Below are positions 21,308-31,165 of a DNA stretch of 64,000 bases, one piece after another. Within the stretch, counting starts at the first letter, position 1, and every line of letters begins with the position of its first letter. The notes beneath the pieces were generated by a model. The model made no database searches. It saw only the letters and a list, made by a program, of their open reading frames with translations, and had not been told where the DNA came from. Source of the DNA: Candidatus Marinacidobacterales bacterium. GTDB lineage: Bacteria; Acidobacteriota; Vicinamibacteria; Marinacidobacterales; DATDRI01. The stretch is from NCBI GenBank assembly GCA_965226495.1, contig OZ245365.1:5024001-5088000 (forward strand). The letters are read 5' to 3'. The position numbers and the translations under genes are program-made.

Positions 21308-22050
21308 CCCAAGGGTCGCTTGATCCGATCGGGAAGTAGCTCGAAGAAAGGAACGAGCACGTAGTTGTTGAGTTTAGCGAAAAAATTATCGAACTTGAGG
21401 GTGCGTTTCGGGAATCGATCGACATGGATTTGAACGTCCCGGAAACGGTGAAACATTTTGCGGCACTCGCTGGTCGAATAGCGCCGAATGATGGGAGCGT
21501 CCTTCTTCGCATGTTCGATATTGGTACCGGAAAGAACCGCCGCCAGGTTGAACCACGAATAGCGGTTGTAGAGCATGATGATGGCTTCCCCGCCGGTCCG
21601 AAGCACCCGATAGACCTCATCGATCGACTTCTCGGTGTCGACGGTGTGGTGAAGCACACCATGTGAGTAGACGACGTTGAAGGAACCGTCGGGAAAGTCG
21701 AGAGACTCTGCGTTGCCGACCCGTAGGTTGCCTTGATAGCCTTCGCGCGCCAGGTTCGCGGTGGCAAGCTGGATCCCGTTCGGCGTGAGATCGACTGCGC
21801 TCACGTCAGCCCCGGCGCGCGCGAATTGCAAAAGGTCCATTCCAACGCCGCATCCTATCTCGAGAACTTTCTTGCCCTTGTATCTCGAAAACCCGACGTA
21901 GTCCCGCAGATAGTCGATCTTGTCGTAGCGATAGCGTTCGAGGGCGTCGAAGAACTCGGGAGATCCAACGGGGAGGTCGGTGACCTCGATGTCGTTGACG
22001 AACTCGTTCCAATACGCCCGAACGTCCTCGAGCGAGGTTGCATCAGTCAT
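21277..22050 (-). CDS. Class I SAM-dependent methyltransferase
   Basis: VLEIGCGVG, NAESLDF.D.SF, GVLHH, EVYRVLR.GG. Confidence 0.9.
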   Translation of the reverse strand: MTDATSLEDVRAYWNEFVNDIEVTDLPVGSPEFFDALERYRYDKIDYLRDYVGFSRYKGKKVLEIGCGVGMDLLQFARAGADVSAVDLTPNGIQLATANLAREGYQGNLRVGNAESLDFPDGSFNVVYSHGVLHHTVDTEKSIDEVYRVLRTGGEAIIMLYNRYSWFNLAAVLSGTNIEHAKKDAPIIRRYSTSECRKMFHRFRDVQIHVDRFPKRTLKFDNFFAKLNNYVLVPFFELLPDRIKRPLGWHIMIRATK

Positions 22051-22061
22051 GGAGAGGCGGG

Positions 22062-22090
22062 AGTCTACCAAGGGGACCACAACCCGTCAA
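22062..22090 (-). promoter_or_regulatory. Putative sigma70 promoter, 11 nt before ATG
   Basis: TTGACG-17 nt-TAGACT; no SD. Confidence 0.55.
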
Positions 22091-22242
22091 GTTTCGTCGA
22101 GTGATTCGAGGATCTCATGCCCTTCCTTGATTTCAGAACACCGTCGCCTTATGATGTTAAAGTCTTGGCCACAAATTCAAAAAGAAAAATTTAGTCCTAT
22201 CTCAATGAAGCGTCGAAACAACCCTGGCCATCGTGTGTCTCT

Positions 22243-23223
22243 ATGCCCGATCCCGCATCCTCCGATTTCATAGAAGAGTTCGCTCGCGACGTCGGGGACG
22301 GCCTGCGAAGCGAGCCTAAGTTTCTGCTCGCCAAGTACTTCTACGATGAGGCCGGCTCCAAGCTATTCGAGCAAATCACCGATCTACCGGAATACTATCC
22401 GACCCGGACCGAAGCTACCATTCTTCGCGAGAATGCCTCGGACATTCGCGACGCGCTGGAAGGCGACATCAGCCTCGTTGAGTTGGGTAGTGGGAGCTCG
22501 ACGAAGACAACCATCCTCCTCGAGAACATCATGGAGGCTCAGAAACAGCTTCACTACCTTCCCATCGACATCTCGCCCACTATTCTCGACCAAACGGCCC
22601 GCAAGTTGGATGCTCGTTACCCACGACTGACCACGATACCCATAGCCTCCGAGTACGGTGACGGGTTGCGGCGAGCCACTCGCATCGCGGTGGAGGAGCC
22701 TGAGGTCGCGGACAGGAAGCTGGTTCTCTTTCTCGGCTCGAGCATCGGCAACTTCGAGCCCCGGCAAGCGGGGGCCTTCCTCGATACGGTCCGCGATGGC
22801 ATCGCGCGCGACGATGCGCTCTTAATCGGATTTGACCTCCAAAAGGACAAGAATGTTCTGGAGGCCGCCTACGATGATGGCGCCGGCGTCACCGCCCGTT
22901 TTAATCTCAACATCCTGACGCGCATCAATCGAGAACTGGGTGGGGACTTCGATTTGGAGGTGTTCCGTCATCGAGCAGTATATAACGCGGCAGCCGGGAG
23001 AATTGAGATGCACTTGGTGTCTCAGAAGAACCAGGAAGTGCGTATTGAGAAGTTGGAGGAGAGCTTCCGTTTGGAGAAGGACGAATACATCCACACCGAG
23101 AGCTCCTACAAGTACACTAGACCCCTCATCGAATGGATTGCCCACTCCGCCCACTTCGAAGTGGGCAAAGTGTTCACCGACGACAACAAGTGGTTCGCTG
23201 TGGCTCTTTTCTTTCCCACCTAA
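22243..23223 (+). CDS. egtD: L-histidine N(alpha)-methyltransferase
   Basis: KYFYD..GS.LFEQIT.LPEYYPTRTE, ELGSGS, FLGSSIGNF, AYDD.AGVTA.FN.N, RIEMHL, IHTE.SYKY. Confidence 0.92.
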   Translation: MPDPASSDFIEEFARDVGDGLRSEPKFLLAKYFYDEAGSKLFEQITDLPEYYPTRTEATILRENASDIRDALEGDISLVELGSGSSTKTTILLENIMEAQKQLHYLPIDISPTILDQTARKLDARYPRLTTIPIASEYGDGLRRATRIAVEEPEVADRKLVLFLGSSIGNFEPRQAGAFLDTVRDGIARDDALLIGFDLQKDKNVLEAAYDDGAGVTARFNLNILTRINRELGGDFDLEVFRHRAVYNAAAGRIEMHLVSQKNQEVRIEKLEESFRLEKDEYIHTESSYKYTRPLIEWIAHSAHFEVGKVFTDDNKWFAVALFFPT

Positions 23224-23233
23224 CCCCCACCGT

Positions 23234-23262
23234 TTGTGGGCCCGGCCCGGCCCGCATATGAT
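23234..23262 (+). promoter_or_regulatory. Putative sigma70 promoter 7 nt before ATG (leaderless)
   Basis: TTGTGG-17 nt-TATGAT, then ATG at 23270. Confidence 0.45.
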
Positions 23263-23269
23263 TCCTAGG

Positions 23270-25099
23270 ATGTTTCAGCGTCGTCATGCTCTAGGCGTGC
23301 TCTTCGCCATTGGAATCGTTCTGCTGGGGTTTTCTCTGTCCGTGGATTACCCTCAGCAGGCGGGAGCAATGTGGAGTGATGAGGCCACCTATTACACGAT
23401 GGCCCACAGCCTCGCTGTCGACGGCGACCTCCGCTTCACACGCAAGGATCTGGAGCGTGTGTATCGAGAGTTTCGCGGAGGCCCCTCCGGAATTTTCCTC
23501 AAGCGGGGACGGGAAGGCTCCCTGGCGTTTGGCAGCCCGTTTCCCCTCGTCATCCGTGACGGTGAGGTAACCGAGGAGATTTACTTCGCCAAGTCTTTTT
23601 TGTACTCGGTAGCAGCGGCGCCATGGGTGCGACTCTTCGGAACCCACGGCATGCTCGTCCTTCACACGCTAGCGGTGATGGCGGTCTTGGTTTGCGGATA
23701 CCTCTTCCTCGCCGCGACGAGCTCACCGGGCGTGTCTCTCGGGTACACGTTGACGTTTTTTTTCGCCTCGGTCGTGCCGGCTTACTTCGTGTGGCTGACG
23801 CCCGAGATTTTCAACTTGAGCCTCGTCTTTCTAGGCGCCTTCTTCTGGCTGTACAAGGAGAGAGCGCCGGCGCCACCGAAATTGCTGAGAGGGCTCACTT
23901 CGGATCTCATCGCGGCGGCCATCTTCGGCGCGGTCACCTATTCGAAGCCTTCGAACGTCTTCGTGATCCTCCCGGTGCTCGCACTTCTCGCGATGCGGCG
24001 ACAATGGAAGCGGGGTCTTGTCACCGGCGCCCTCTTCGGAATCGTTCTTAGCGGATTCTTTGTCGTGAACTTGGCGGTGACCGGCGAGATGAATTACCAG
24101 GGCGGCGACAGGAAGACCTTTTATGGGCGTTACCCTTTTCAGCGCCCAGACCTCAATTTCGAGAACACCGGACTCGCGAAAGTCACCGCCGAGATCTACA
24201 CCCAACAACCCTGGGACATCGTGGTTCACGACCTTTATTTTTTTCACATCGGGCGTTTTTCCGGCATCGCCATCTACTTCTTCCCTGCGTTGGTCGCGGT
24301 GGCGCTCTTCGCCTTCGGCCCTAAGAAGAATTGGCAATGGATGATTCTCGCGCTGGCCACGTTCGACTGTTTGCTTCTCATCGTCTGGATGCCGGTCAAC
24401 TACTTCGGGGGGGGTGGTACGCTAGGGAATCGCTATTTTCTGAACATCTACCCCCTCTACTTTTTTCTTACTCCGACACTCTTGCGACCTCTACTGGCCA
24501 TTTTTCCTTCATGGATCATGGCAAGCGTCTTCCTGACCTCGATTTTGGTCAATCCCTTCGCCGCGGCACGCCGCCCCGGCCAACACGCGACCACGGGTCT
24601 CTTCAAGTGGCTACCGGTCGAGCTTTCTCTCATCAACGATCTGCCCACCAACGTTGACCCCGCGAAATTTCGACAAAGGTTCGAAGACGGCTACCTGGGT
24701 TACTTCCTGGATAACAACACGTGGGGACGAGAGCGCTACCGAGGTGTCGGTTTCTGGGTGCGGGGCGAAACGAAAGCTGAAATGGTCGTTCGTACTCGTT
24801 TCCCGCTCGACAAGCTGATCGTTCGCGTGTTGAACGTGAGTGTTCCCAACCGGATCACGGTGTGCGTTCCCGGCGGCTGCGAAACATCGGACTACGAGCC
24901 TGGCGAGAAAAAGATTCTAGAGCTCCCCGCCGGACGGGGTTTCCCCTACGAGGACTTCGGAGCGCGCAGCTACTGCTATTTGGTGACGATTGCTCCAGAG
25001 CAAGGAGAGGTTCCCATGTTGGCCCGGCGTGGCGAAGGTGACAGCCGATACCTAGGGGCATTCATCTACATCGAGCCCGATCCGTACCCAGGAATATAG
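23270..25099 (+). CDS. GT-C-fold (ArnT/PMT-like) membrane glycosyltransferase
   Basis: WSDEATYY.MA.SL after first TM helix, PE.F, SKP, GGG..GNRYF; many TM helices. The ORF-track extension to 22940 overlaps egtD and was trimmed. Confidence 0.7.
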   Translation: MFQRRHALGVLFAIGIVLLGFSLSVDYPQQAGAMWSDEATYYTMAHSLAVDGDLRFTRKDLERVYREFRGGPSGIFLKRGREGSLAFGSPFPLVIRDGEVTEEIYFAKSFLYSVAAAPWVRLFGTHGMLVLHTLAVMAVLVCGYLFLAATSSPGVSLGYTLTFFFASVVPAYFVWLTPEIFNLSLVFLGAFFWLYKERAPAPPKLLRGLTSDLIAAAIFGAVTYSKPSNVFVILPVLALLAMRRQWKRGLVTGALFGIVLSGFFVVNLAVTGEMNYQGGDRKTFYGRYPFQRPDLNFENTGLAKVTAEIYTQQPWDIVVHDLYFFHIGRFSGIAIYFFPALVAVALFAFGPKKNWQWMILALATFDCLLLIVWMPVNYFGGGGTLGNRYFLNIYPLYFFLTPTLLRPLLAIFPSWIMASVFLTSILVNPFAAARRPGQHATTGLFKWLPVELSLINDLPTNVDPAKFRQRFEDGYLGYFLDNNTWGRERYRGVGFWVRGETKAEMVVRTRFPLDKLIVRVLNVSVPNRITVCVPGGCETSDYEPGEKKILELPAGRGFPYEDFGARSYCYLVTIAPEQGEVPMLARRGEGDSRYLGAFIYIEPDPYPGI

Positions 25100-25128
25100 A
25101 ACGTCCCGCCGGTATCGTACCGCGACGT

Positions 25129-25268
25129 GGAGCCCTCAGCCGCCGCGCAGCTGCCCGCCGGCCGCAGCGAGCCTGCCGAGCGGAGGCCAGGGGCCGAACA
25201 CTGCCCTGAGCTTATGCGCAGTCGCTTAGTCGACGAAGCATGACGGCGTGGGGGTGGGGCCCCGCGCC
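25129..25268 (+). repeat. Dispersed GGGGGTGGGGCCCC hairpin repeat between convergent genes
   Basis: Stem GGCGTGGGG-GTGGGG-CCCCGCGCC at 25245-25268. GCGCAGTCGC..AGTCGACG.AGCAT matches the 14.4 kb copy; GAGCCCTCAGCC matches the kinase insertion. Confidence 0.85.
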
Positions 25269-25319
25269 ATTTATCGAAGAGTGAGGCCCCGAGTGAGTCG
25301 AAGTCGCCGGACAGCGAAG

Positions 25320-25922
25320 CTAAAGTATCAGAGACTCACGCTCGAGGAAGTAAGGGGCGATGGTACTTGCATCCAATCCTGAGAGATGTCGTTCCAGGGT
25401 CTCGATGACAATCGAGTCTAGCTGACTTCGGACGAGGCCTTGCGGATCATGTTCTCCCAAGCGCATCCCCATTCCATGGGGAAGAGTGGAGACATCTGAA
25501 CGGTCGGTGGTCCAAACGACTTTTCCCTCGGCCTCAAACAGTGAAGCGTTATTGGGATTGGCGAGAAACAAAACCAGCGTTGACTCCAACGGAAGAACCT
25601 TTTGCGCGGCGAGGAACACTCCGCCTCGACTCAAGTTCAAGACTTGCCCAGAGAGAAACTCCTCTCCACACTGGAGGACGATGGAAAGATCGGTCGGCAC
25701 GCGGAGACGCTGCCGATCCTTCACGCGCCGGCGGATGTCCTGGACTGAAAAGTGATGCGTCACCGGCTGACGAGGGATTCCGTTATACGCCGTGAGCAGA
25801 TCATAAAAGCTCTTCAGCTCGAACCACCGGCTCTCCACCTCCGGCGGAAGCAAACCGCCGGAGTGAACTTTTTCGTCGTTGAGGGCAGAGAACTCACCAA
25901 CCAGATCTAGGACTGTTTTCAT
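25320..25922 (-). CDS. PilZ domain protein (c-di-GMP receptor)
   Basis: RQRLR (RxxxR) and NLSRGG (N/DxSxxG), G.VVW, GMGMR. SD GAGGGAG. Confidence 0.85.
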   Translation of the reverse strand: MKTVLDLVGEFSALNDEKVHSGGLLPPEVESRWFELKSFYDLLTAYNGIPRQPVTHHFSVQDIRRRVKDRQRLRVPTDLSIVLQCGEEFLSGQVLNLSRGGVFLAAQKVLPLESTLVLFLANPNNASLFEAEGKVVWTTDRSDVSTLPHGMGMRLGEHDPQGLVRSQLDSIVIETLERHLSGLDASTIAPYFLERESLIL

Positions 25923-26323
25923 TGTGGCTCCCTCGAATCTTTGGGCGAGACGGCCATGCCGGGGAGAGGCGTGCCTTGCCTGCTGTTGCCATTAGACCGA
26001 GCGGGGTGGGAGCCCAGTGCCCATCGTTAAGTTTTCGATTTGATGAGCTCCCATTCTCCCCTAACGGTCAAATTTATTCAGTGATAGCGATCGCTGGGAT
26101 TTCACCGGTGGGTCGACGCGTGGTCCGCGGCCTCTGAGTCTTCCAAACCGAAGCCTGATGTATCCCTGTAATCCTTTTCCATGCAACGGTTTAGAACATA
26201 AACTGGAAAGGATTGGAAGAGCTTCGATGAGTTCGGCCGAGCCGCGGCAACGTGAGGCCCTTCCCCTACGAATGTGGGTCCACGGACCCGTTCCAGCGGT
26301 GGCGAGCCCCCCGTTCAGTATTA

Positions 26324-28345
26324 CTAACTCAACTCCTCGAGTGTGGCCATAACGTCGCGGCCTGAGAGGACCTCACCGACAGAGACGTTGATCTTGGACA
26401 CTTTGCCTCGCGCAGGAGAGCGGACCTCGAGCTGCATCTTCATCGACTCGATGACGAAGACGACCTGGCCCTCTTCGACTTGCTCACCCTCTCGTGACCG
26501 AACTTCCAAAACCCTTCCCGCCATGGGAGCTCGAACCTCTCCACTGCCGGAAGATACATCCAACCCTTCCCGAGCGGCGTGCCGTGGGCAAGCTAGGCGG
26601 AGCGTTTCACCGAATAAGGTCACCGTGACCTCGGCGACCGATGTGCGCGAAGCATAGAACCCCGCCGATGGCACTTCCCCTCCTTCGATTCGAGAGGTCA
26701 GCTCTCGCAGAGAGCTAGAGAAATGTGATGCTGGCAGCACTGATGTTCTTAAAGCCTCAACCAAACCCGGACCGGACAGGAGGAACTGCCCGCGATCGTC
26801 TCCGGCCGTAATGACCAGTGCAGGCCGTTCCAGCTCGCTTCCAATACGAGCCTGAAAGTTACCTTGGGCGGCGAAACGCTCGGCCACCGCCAGCCGCGAA
26901 GTCGCACCTCCAGAAACGGCGAGAGAAAGTTTCTCCCGAACGGTCCTCGATGCCAATCGATCTCTAAGTGTGAGAGGCAAGAGCCACGCATTGAGCGATT
27001 CCAGATTTTGATCGATCCATTGCGTCGACTCCCGTCCGGCTCGAAAATCGCGATGCCTAACCAGAGCTTGAAGAAAAGGGAGGTTGGTTGTCGGGCCATG
27101 GACGATCATCTCTTCGAGTGCCAGATCCATTCGCGTCAAAGCTTCGTCACGGCTCTCGCCGATGGTGATCACTTTCGCGATCATGGAATCGTACTGGGCG
27201 TTCACTCGCCCTCCCTCGCGGACCCCGGAATCCACGCGAACTCCCTCGCCACGAGGCTCCCGATAGAGGACCAGCGAACCTGGTGTCGGCAGGAAGTCGT
27301 TCCGCGGATCCTCCGCGAGGACACGCGCCTCTAACGACACACCTCGGGGCTCGAGGAGTGTGAAAGTACCGGGATCGGGCAAGCCGGACGGCCAAGAGCC
27401 TTCGGCCAGTTCGAGTTGAGCCTGCACCAAATCCACACCGTACACCATCTCGGTAACCGGGTGTTCGACCTGAAGACGCGTATTGACTTCTAGGAAGTGG
27501 AAGTTCTTTTCCGAGTCGAGCAGGAACTCGACGGTGCCGGCACCGCGGTACCGTGTCTCGGAAACGAGTGCAAGGGCCGCCTTGCCCAGAGACTCACGGA
27601 GCGCACCATCGACCACAACGCTCGGTGATTCCTCGACCACCTTTTGGTGGCGCCTCTGCATCGAGCACTCGCGCTCGCCGAGAAAGACGCCCCCCCCTTC
27701 ACCGTCTCCGAAAACCTGAATTTCGATATGACGCGGCCCCTTCAGGTAACGCTCGACGAAGACGGAAGGATCTCCGAACCCGGAACGCGCCTCTTCCGAT
27801 CCACGACGAATCGCCTCGGGCAGTTCAGCCGCAGAGCCCGCAACACGCATCCCTCTCCCTCCTCCTCCACCACTGGCCTTCACGAGATAAGGAGGTGATA
27901 TACCGCGTACCGCGAGTTCGTCGGCAAGTGCATCTGCGGACCATCCCTCTAATTCCTTCGACGCGAGGGACGACAGAGTAGGAACGCCGCATCGCAATGC
28001 GAGCGTCTTGGCGGACTCCTTGTTCCCGAGCGCTCTCATGCTTGCCGGCGTCGGCCCGACGAAGACAAGGCCCGCCTTCTCGACCTCCTCGGCGAACTCG
28101 GCGTTCTCGGACAAAAATCCGTAGCCGGGATGAAGCAGATGGGCACCCCAATTGCGGGCGGCACGAACGATCCCCTCTCCATCGAGAAAACTCTCGACTT
28201 CGAGAACCTCGTCCGCCTCGCTGCGGACCAAGGCGTCACCGTCTTCCACGGTGGAGGTGACCGCGACCTGGTATCCGCGCTCACGAGCGGCACGCAGAAC
28301 CCGCCGCGCGATTTCACCCCGATTCGCGATGACTAGTTTTTTCAA
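26324..28345 (-). CDS. Biotin-dependent acyl-CoA carboxylase alpha subunit (MccA/LiuD- or AtuF-like)
   Basis: IANRGEIA, HPGYGFLSEN, KASGGGGGRGMR, RECSMQRRHQK, EVNTRLQVEHPVTE, biotin site ESMKM. Start approximated at TTG 28345. Confidence 0.9.
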   Translation of the reverse strand: MKKLVIANRGEIARRVLRAARERGYQVAVTSTVEDGDALVRSEADEVLEVESFLDGEGIVRAARNWGAHLLHPGYGFLSENAEFAEEVEKAGLVFVGPTPASMRALGNKESAKTLALRCGVPTLSSLASKELEGWSADALADELAVRGISPPYLVKASGGGGGRGMRVAGSAAELPEAIRRGSEEARSGFGDPSVFVERYLKGPRHIEIQVFGDGEGGGVFLGERECSMQRRHQKVVEESPSVVVDGALRESLGKAALALVSETRYRGAGTVEFLLDSEKNFHFLEVNTRLQVEHPVTEMVYGVDLVQAQLELAEGSWPSGLPDPGTFTLLEPRGVSLEARVLAEDPRNDFLPTPGSLVLYREPRGEGVRVDSGVREGGRVNAQYDSMIAKVITIGESRDEALTRMDLALEEMIVHGPTTNLPFLQALVRHRDFRAGRESTQWIDQNLESLNAWLLPLTLRDRLASRTVREKLSLAVSGGATSRLAVAERFAAQGNFQARIGSELERPALVITAGDDRGQFLLSGPGLVEALRTSVLPASHFSSSLRELTSRIEGGEVPSAGFYASRTSVAEVTVTLFGETLRLACPRHAAREGLDVSSGSGEVRAPMAGRVLEVRSREGEQVEEGQVVFVIESMKMQLEVRSPARGKVSKINVSVGEVLSGRDVMATLEELS

Positions 28346-28358
28346 GGATCGAAAGGAA

Positions 28359-29162
28359 TCAAGGCACCCAGGGAGGAGTCTTCTTGTCGAAGAAGGATGC
28401 GAGCCCGGCTTGGCCTTCCTCCGAGCATCGGGCCTTGGCAATGCTTTTGGCGGTGAAGTCGATCTGATCTGGGTTCGGAAGTGGTGCCGCATTGTGAAGG
28501 AGATCTTTCGTCCTGCGAGCCGATTCCGGACCAGCATGCAGAAACTCCGCCACCACTTCCTCGAGCTCAGAGTCGAAACTGTCCTCGCTGGTCAGTCGTT
28601 GCACCAAACCTAGCTCGCGCGCCTCTGGGCCCTTGATGCGTCGGCCGGTAAGAAGAAGTGACGACGCGGCTGCCAGGCCTATCTTTCGAACGATGTACGG
28701 GCTGATGACCGCGGGCACGATTCCGAGCCGGACCTCGGTGGTCGCGAAGGTCGCCCTTTCTTCGGAGAACACGTAGTCGGTCGAAACCGCGAGACCCATT
28801 CCGCCACCGATCGCGGCGCCACGAACCGCACAGATGACCGGGGTAGGAAACGCCGCGAGATCATAGAAGAGCTGGGCGAGGCTCTTGGCATCGGCGAGGC
28901 TCTCGGCCTCGCCGCTCCCAGCCAACCGCTTCATGTAGTTTAGGTCGGCGCCGGCGGAAAAAATCCTTCCATCACCGGTGAGAACGAGTAAGCGCATCTC
29001 CTCCGGGTCGGGTATCGCAGCCAGCTTGGTCAGCGCGTCTTTGAGCTCTTGGATCATCGTCTCGTCGAAGGCGTTCCGGACGTCGGGGCGTGAGAGCACG
29101 ACGCGTTTCACGCCATGAGGAAGCGATTCGACCCGGAGTGTTGAGGCTTGGATGTCTGTCAT
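28359..29162 (-). CDS. Enoyl-CoA hydratase (methylglutaconyl-CoA hydratase LiuC-like)
   Basis: RPDVRNAFD, FSAGADLNYM, AIGGGMGL, EVRLGIVPAVISPY. Confidence 0.88.
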   Translation of the reverse strand: MTDIQASTLRVESLPHGVKRVVLSRPDVRNAFDETMIQELKDALTKLAAIPDPEEMRLLVLTGDGRIFSAGADLNYMKRLAGSGEAESLADAKSLAQLFYDLAAFPTPVICAVRGAAIGGGMGLAVSTDYVFSEERATFATTEVRLGIVPAVISPYIVRKIGLAAASSLLLTGRRIKGPEARELGLVQRLTSEDSFDSELEEVVAEFLHAGPESARRTKDLLHNAAPLPNPDQIDFTAKSIAKARCSEEGQAGLASFFDKKTPPWVP

Positions 29163-29170
29163 GGTCTTTT

Positions 29171-29264
29171 CTCAGCGGCGCCGGGGCCCCACCCCCAGCG
29201 CCTTAACGTTACGCGGTCTCGCTTCGCTCGCCGCTGCACGTTGGCTCATGGCTGCGCTCGGGCC
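29171..29264 (-). repeat. Dispersed GGGGGTGGGGCCCC hairpin repeat inside the operon
   Basis: Minus strand GGCCCGAGCGCAGCCATGAGC...GGCGCTGGGG-GTGGGG-CCCCGGCGCC. Confidence 0.85.
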
Positions 29265-29266
29265 AC

Positions 29267-31144
29267 TCATATCAGCTCGCCCGGACACGGCATGTTCTCT
29301 GGGGCAATGGTTTCCAGCAGCGGCTTCGGGACTTCGACCCGACAACGCAAAAGCGCTTGGCTATAGGTCTTGCCTTGCGGATCGATGTAAAGACTCACGG
29401 TCCCGCCGCCGCCGAGCGATTCATCCAGCAAGAAATTCAGGGCCCAGAGGTTCGGTACCAAGTAACGGTACACCTTGCCGTGAGAGATGCTCCCGAACCA
29501 TTGCTTAATGCGCTCGGCAGTGACGTTCTCTCGCAACCAAACATAACACTCGGGACTCCTCCCGATGAGGCCGATGTTGGCCGTGTCCCCCTTGTCACCG
29601 CTTCGGGCGTGCGCGATTCGCATGAGTGGAACTTCGACTCGCGGCGCGCCTGTCCACTGGTCCATGAGAGCGAAAGGATACGGGTCCACCGGGGGGTCGT
29701 CGGCGCTTCCCGATCCGCCAGTTTTCGGCCAGGCCAGATCCCTGTGCTCCGCCTCGACCTTCAACTTGGGACTCTTTTTTTCCTGCACGAAGATTGTGAC
29801 CGAAGGAAGTGCACACTCTTGCGGAATCAACGCCGGCCAATAGCGGACGACATCCGAGATCGCAGGAGCGCCGCCAGTGACCGCGACGCCTGAGGGACCA
29901 CTCAGTATTAAGCTCGGGAGAAGCTTGCGGAACATGGCCAATTTTTTCCGTTCGTGATCCCGGGCGGACAGGCGCAGCAAGATTTCGGTCGGCTCGTGAG
30001 ACGGCGTCAGGTCGCGGTGCGTACTGTCGTCCCCAACGAGATCGGTATGCCTGGCCTCCAGTTGCGAGAGCCCGGCTCGCACCAGTTCGACCTCGATGCG
30101 GCTCCAGAATATCTCGGCGAACGCCTTGGCCTTTGCTCTAGCGTCGGGCCCGGAGATGATGATCGCGCCGCTCGATTTGAAACCGTCCTCAAGGGACACA
30201 CTGACCTTCAGTAAGTCGGTCGGCTTCGTACCTCGAACTCCCGAGACCCGAACGCGATCGGTGCTCTCTTGCTCGAGTTGGATCCCGGTGAAGTCGGCGA
30301 TCACGTCGGGAGTGAGATACGCCTGGGGATGTCCCATCTCATAGAGGAGCTGTTCTCGGATAGTCTGGCAGGTCACGAGGCCGCCCGTTCCTGGGTGTTT
30401 CGTCACCACAAAAGATCCGTCGGGCTCCACCTCCAGAATTGGAAAACCCAAATCCTGGAAGCTCGGCACCTTGCACCAATCGGTAAAGTTCCCTCCGGTA
30501 GCCTGAGCCCCGCACTCGATGATATGCCCGCCAACGATCCCGTGAGCCAACTTCTGGTAGTCTTCCATCGACCAACCAAACTCGTGAATTAGCGCACCGA
30601 GCGTGATCCCGGTATCACTCACCCGTCCCGAAAGAACGATGTCTGGTTCGGCCTCGAGCGCCTTAACCACCGGTAAAGCACCGAAGTAGGCATTCGCGGA
30701 AAGAACACTCGTTGCGTAGTCACCCAACTCTTCGCCGGTCTCCATGTTTTTCAGATCCACACCCCGTGCCCGAAGCTTAGAGAGCCGAGGCGCGATGTTA
30801 TCTCCTTCGATGACCCCTACTTTGAGCGTAAGGCCGCGGGTACGCGCCGCGGCAAAGAGCGCTTCCGCGCAGGCCGAGGGATTGACGCCACCCGCGTTGG
30901 TGATGATCTTGATCTTGCGGGCAACCACATCTTCGAGGAGCGGTTCCACCTGAGTGATGAAGTCGCGCGCGTAGCCGGCGTCGGGGTCACGAGCCAACTG
31001 CTTCTGCATAATGCTCATCGTGATCTCAGCCAGGAAATCGATCGAAATGTAGTTAACGGCAAGTTTGCCTTCCACTTGCCTTCTGAGCGCGTAGGGGTCG
31101 TCCCCCCAGTAGCCCCCGGCGTTGGCAATGCGAACGATAGCCAT
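29267..31144 (-). CDS. Acyclic terpene utilization AtuA family protein (DUF1446)
   Basis: VRIANAGGYWGD, FLAE.TM, NAGGVNP, GHIIECGAQATGGNF, EQLLYE, ARSGDKGD.ANIG, D.QGK. Confidence 0.92.
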   Translation of the reverse strand: MAIVRIANAGGYWGDDPYALRRQVEGKLAVNYISIDFLAEITMSIMQKQLARDPDAGYARDFITQVEPLLEDVVARKIKIITNAGGVNPSACAEALFAAARTRGLTLKVGVIEGDNIAPRLSKLRARGVDLKNMETGEELGDYATSVLSANAYFGALPVVKALEAEPDIVLSGRVSDTGITLGALIHEFGWSMEDYQKLAHGIVGGHIIECGAQATGGNFTDWCKVPSFQDLGFPILEVEPDGSFVVTKHPGTGGLVTCQTIREQLLYEMGHPQAYLTPDVIADFTGIQLEQESTDRVRVSGVRGTKPTDLLKVSVSLEDGFKSSGAIIISGPDARAKAKAFAEIFWSRIEVELVRAGLSQLEARHTDLVGDDSTHRDLTPSHEPTEILLRLSARDHERKKLAMFRKLLPSLILSGPSGVAVTGGAPAISDVVRYWPALIPQECALPSVTIFVQEKKSPKLKVEAEHRDLAWPKTGGSGSADDPPVDPYPFALMDQWTGAPRVEVPLMRIAHARSGDKGDTANIGLIGRSPECYVWLRENVTAERIKQWFGSISHGKVYRYLVPNLWALNFLLDESLGGGGTVSLYIDPQGKTYSQALLRCRVEVPKPLLETIAPENMPCPGELI

Positions 31145-31165
31145 TCGTTATCTACCTACATTCGC

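Noticed and set aside
22940-23269. N-terminal extension of the GT-C ORF overlapping egtD
   Set aside because: Alternative frame of egtD; a promoter-like element and ATG at 23270 give a better start.
25923-26323. c-di-GMP riboswitch upstream of PilZ gene
   Set aside because: Could not find the GCAAA...GAAA...GCAAAG consensus on the relevant strand.
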